A stretch of 64,000 nt of DNA, from the NCBI RefSeq assembly GCF_009914755.1, contig NC_060937.1. One strand, written 5' to 3'. The translations under genes and the position numbers were made by a program. Source of the stretch: the human T2T-CHM13v2.0 reference genome, Homo sapiens. Of this stretch, positions 60,971-64,000 are shown piece by piece; position 1 is the first letter of the stretch; every line of letters starts with the position of its first letter. Under the pieces are notes generated by a model, which did no database searches, was not told where the DNA came from, and was given only the letters and a program-made list of their open reading frames with translations.

Positions 60971-61294
60971 ATGGCGGGCGCCCCTCCCCCAGCCTCACTG
61001 CTGCCTTGCAGTTTGATCTCAGACTGCTGTGCTAGCAATAAGCAAGACTCCGTGGGCGTAGGACCCTCCGAGCCAGGTGTGGGATATAATCTCCTGGTGT
61101 GCCGTTTTTTAAGCCCGTCGGAAAAGCACAGTATTGAGGTGGGAGTGACCCGATTTTCCAGGTACCATCTGTCACCCCTTTCTTTGACTAGGAAAGGGAA
61201 CTCCCTGACCCCTTGCGCTTCCCGAGTGAGGCAATGCCTCGCCCTGCTTTGGCTCATGCATCGTGCACTGCACCCACTGTCCGGCACTCCCTAG
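60971..61294 (+). CDS. L1 ORF0 (antisense 5'UTR ORF), open, 107 aa
   Basis: MAGAPPPASLLPCSLISDCCASN...VGVGPSEPGVGY matches primate L1 ORF0. Expression here is unknown. Confidence 0.6.
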   Translation: MAGAPPPASLLPCSLISDCCASNKQDSVGVGPSEPGVGYNLLVCRFLSPSEKHSIEVGVTRFSRYHLSPLSLTRKGNSLTPCASRVRQCLALLWLMHRALHPLSGTP

Positions 61295-62447
61295 TGAGAT
61301 GAACACGGTACTGCAGATGGAAATGCAGACATCACCCGTCTTCTGCGTCGCTCATGCTGGGAGCTGTAGACTTGAGCTGTTCCTATTCGGCCATCTTGGC
61401 TCCTCCCTTATTTTAATTTTTAATTGCTTGTTTGTTTTGATGTTTGTGCCCTCAAACTTCATATGTTTCCTTTCTTGGCTTATTTCTTCCACAAATTGCA
61501 TTTGTTCAGGGTCACCTTCTGAAGCTCAGCCCTGTGTGCGCTGTTTGCTGGCTACCACAATGGTGGCCCAGACTGCGAGATGTGCACCAGTTGTTATGTT
61601 TCTGCCACATGATGCTTGTGCATTACCCTCAGCCAGCACACAGATCCTAAGTGCATTTCCAAAATAGTCAAGGCCTGCTAACTCTGTTACTTTATGTAAT
61701 AGGTTTCCCACCAAAGTCCTGTGTGAGGTTGCACAAGTCTCTGTCTTTCTCTTTGCCACAATAATATTACCCATAAAATGAATGTGATGGTTCTGTAGGT
61801 TCTTTCTAGCTTTCAAATCAGGATTTTGTGTATAAAATATACCCCACACTGTCTCAAGGTAGCTACTCAGACGGGGTAAGACATTTCAGAGGACAATAAT
61901 AATGCGGGGCGTTGTCTGTGGAAATAATTTACAATCAAATACAAATGATGGATAATTTTTAAAATGTTAGAAATCCTTAAAAATCATTGCAATGATAGGA
62001 GTCTGTTAAGTCAACTTCAGAAAACTCTGAAGTTTAAGATAGCTAATAATTAGAATGTAAACAGAAACCTTACTATTTTTACACTATTCATGCTGTTTAT
62101 AGTGCATTCAGGAAGCTTCTGTTTGACCATTCATGTGTTTACAGATGTTAAAGGCATGGGTAATTAAAGTTAGCAATACCAAAATTTCTGGATTTGCACA
62201 AGTTATGAAAATGTCATTAAATTCTTGATAAGGGTGTTGGTTGCAGAGTGTTTCTCAGAAAATATCTGTCTAGGAGAGAAGGAATGAAAAATTTTTAATA
62301 ATTTTATTTCAAAATAAAATATACATAAAGTTCCCAGAGCAGCTGGGCTCAAATATTAATTCCTTCCTTCCTACCAAGTTGCCTCCATTCTATATCTATC
62401 ATTAATAGACAGCTGACCTAATAATTTTAGTGGTTTCAAATTATATA

Positions 62448-62742
62448 GGCCGGGTGTGGTGGCTCACGCCTTTAATCCCAGCACTTTGGGAGGCCAAGGC
62501 GGGCGGATCACAAGGTTAGGAGATCACGACCATCCTGGCTAACACGGTGAAACCCTGTCTCTACTAAAAATACAAAAATTAGCCAGGTATGGCTCTGTGT
62601 GCCTGTAGTCCCAGTTGCTGGGGAGGCTGAGGCAGGAGAATGGTGTGAACCCAGGAGGTGGAGCTTGCAGTTAGCCGAGATCACGCCACTGAACTCCAGC
62701 CTGTGCGACAGAGCGAGACTCTGTCTCAAAAAAAAAAAAAAA
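62448..62742 (+). mobile_element. AluY-like
   Basis: accatcctggctaacacggtgaaaccc and ggagcttgcag; A-tail. Confidence 0.93.
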
Positions 62743-62744
62743 TT

Positions 62745-62746
<2 letters not shown>

Positions 62747-62776
<30 letters not shown>
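62747..62776. repeat. (TG)n microsatellite
   Basis: Seen directly. Confidence 0.95.
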
Positions 62777-62780
<4 letters not shown>

Positions 62781-63102
62781 ACATACACATGGAGCTTTAC
62801 AATTTAAATATTTCTACCCAAGTTTTATCCTGTACTTTTCTAAAAATCATTCTCATGCTGTGACTCTACTTGTCCCACCCCCACTCACCCCCTCTTCAGG
62901 AGGAGAGGGGAGGTTTGTAGGACCCTGGAGCTTGTGAGCCCTTTCCAAAAATGGGAGAACACCTAAGATTGGTGGGTTCTGTGTGTATTTGTATACACAC
63001 ACACACACACACAACTTTCTACTAGTAATACAGTGAGTCAGAAGAGGTTTGTTATTTAAGGAATAAAATGAAAAAAATTTAGTTTTTGAAGTCTGTTTTA
63101 AA

Positions 63103-63397
63103 ATTTTTTTGAGATGGAGTCTCACTCTGTAGCTGGGCTGGAGAGCAGTGGGGTGATCTTGGCTCCCTGCAAACTCCGCCTTCTGGGTTGAAGCGATTCC
63201 CCTGCCTCAGCTTCCTGAGTAGCTGGGACTACAGGCGCGTGGCACCACACGCAGCTAATTTTTTTTTTTTTTTGTATTTTTTTTTAGTAGAGACAGGGTT
63301 TCACCACGTTGGCCCGGGTAGTCTTGATCTCCTGACCTTGGGATTTGCCCGCCTCGGCCTCCCAAAGTGCTGGAATTACAAGCGTGAGCCACTGCGC
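63103..63397 (-). mobile_element. AluSc-like
   Basis: Antisense dimer with an expanded middle T-tract. Confidence 0.9.
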
Positions 63398-64000
63398 TTT
63401 CTTGGAGGAAATATTCAGTTTAATAAAACAAATAAGCTTTATATAAAAATGACTTATAAAATAACTTATTATTATATAATATACTTTTAATAGTAAGTTT
63501 CAATAGTATTGAAAATATTTTTTCAAATGGCTTGAATTAAATAGCTTATTGCTTTAATTTAAAATTGTCATTTCTTGGATCAATTACATGCATTTTAAAG
63601 CAAATTAGACTTTGATCTCAAACACCCTGCATATTTGGAATGCTCGAATTGTAGTGGTTTGTTGTTGTTGGCCAGTGGAGGTTTTATTCAATTTTCTGAT
63701 CGTATGATTATATGAAAGCACAAATGTATTTTATTTTTAAATTCAAAGATCTCTCCAAGTATTTCTATTTCAAGCTTCAGAAATTCTATCTAGTTTAGAT
63801 TTTATCTTTAGAAATTAAAGTGAACTGTGTTTCCGGTATATTAAATAGGAATATTTTTCGAATACAGGACACTGAGCATTTTCAATTGGCTATAGGAGCA
63901 TAAGAGTGACCACAGCTGCAGAACTGGGCTAAGCCCAATTGGTTTAAAGTTGTCATCATGCCTCACTTGACTCCTTCTGATGCCTGTTTGTCAGGATGGT

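Overview
Primate (hominoid/human-like) genomic DNA from inside the LMO7 gene (LIM domain 7, + strand). Only two short coding exons are present: 40833-40903 (AVTEKNFETKDFRASLENGVLLC-D) and 54683-54752 (LINKLKPGVIKKINRLSTPIAGL). They splice in frame and encode part of the N-terminal calponin-homology domain. The rest is intron filled with interspersed repeats: Alus, L1s (one full-length dead L1PA3-like copy, one internally deleted copy, several truncated ones), solo LTRs (THE1, MST, MLT1, MLT2A, MER4A1, MER11), DNA-transposon relics, L2/MIR and microsatellites. Almost all other ORFs in the supplied track are repeat-derived. I see no new multi-gene system. The most unusual signals are (i) a near-perfect 250-bp inverted duplication inside an old L1PB with templated junctions, (ii) non-consensus variants shared in patches between neighbouring L1s, suggesting local gene conversion, (iii) a TSD-bounded L1 with a ~3.2-kb internal deletion, (iv) an open L1 ORF0/antisense promoter facing downstream LMO7 exons, and (v) a bipartite CTCF site. 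Repeat subfamily names and consensus comparisons are from memory and need RepeatMasker/Dfam confirmation.
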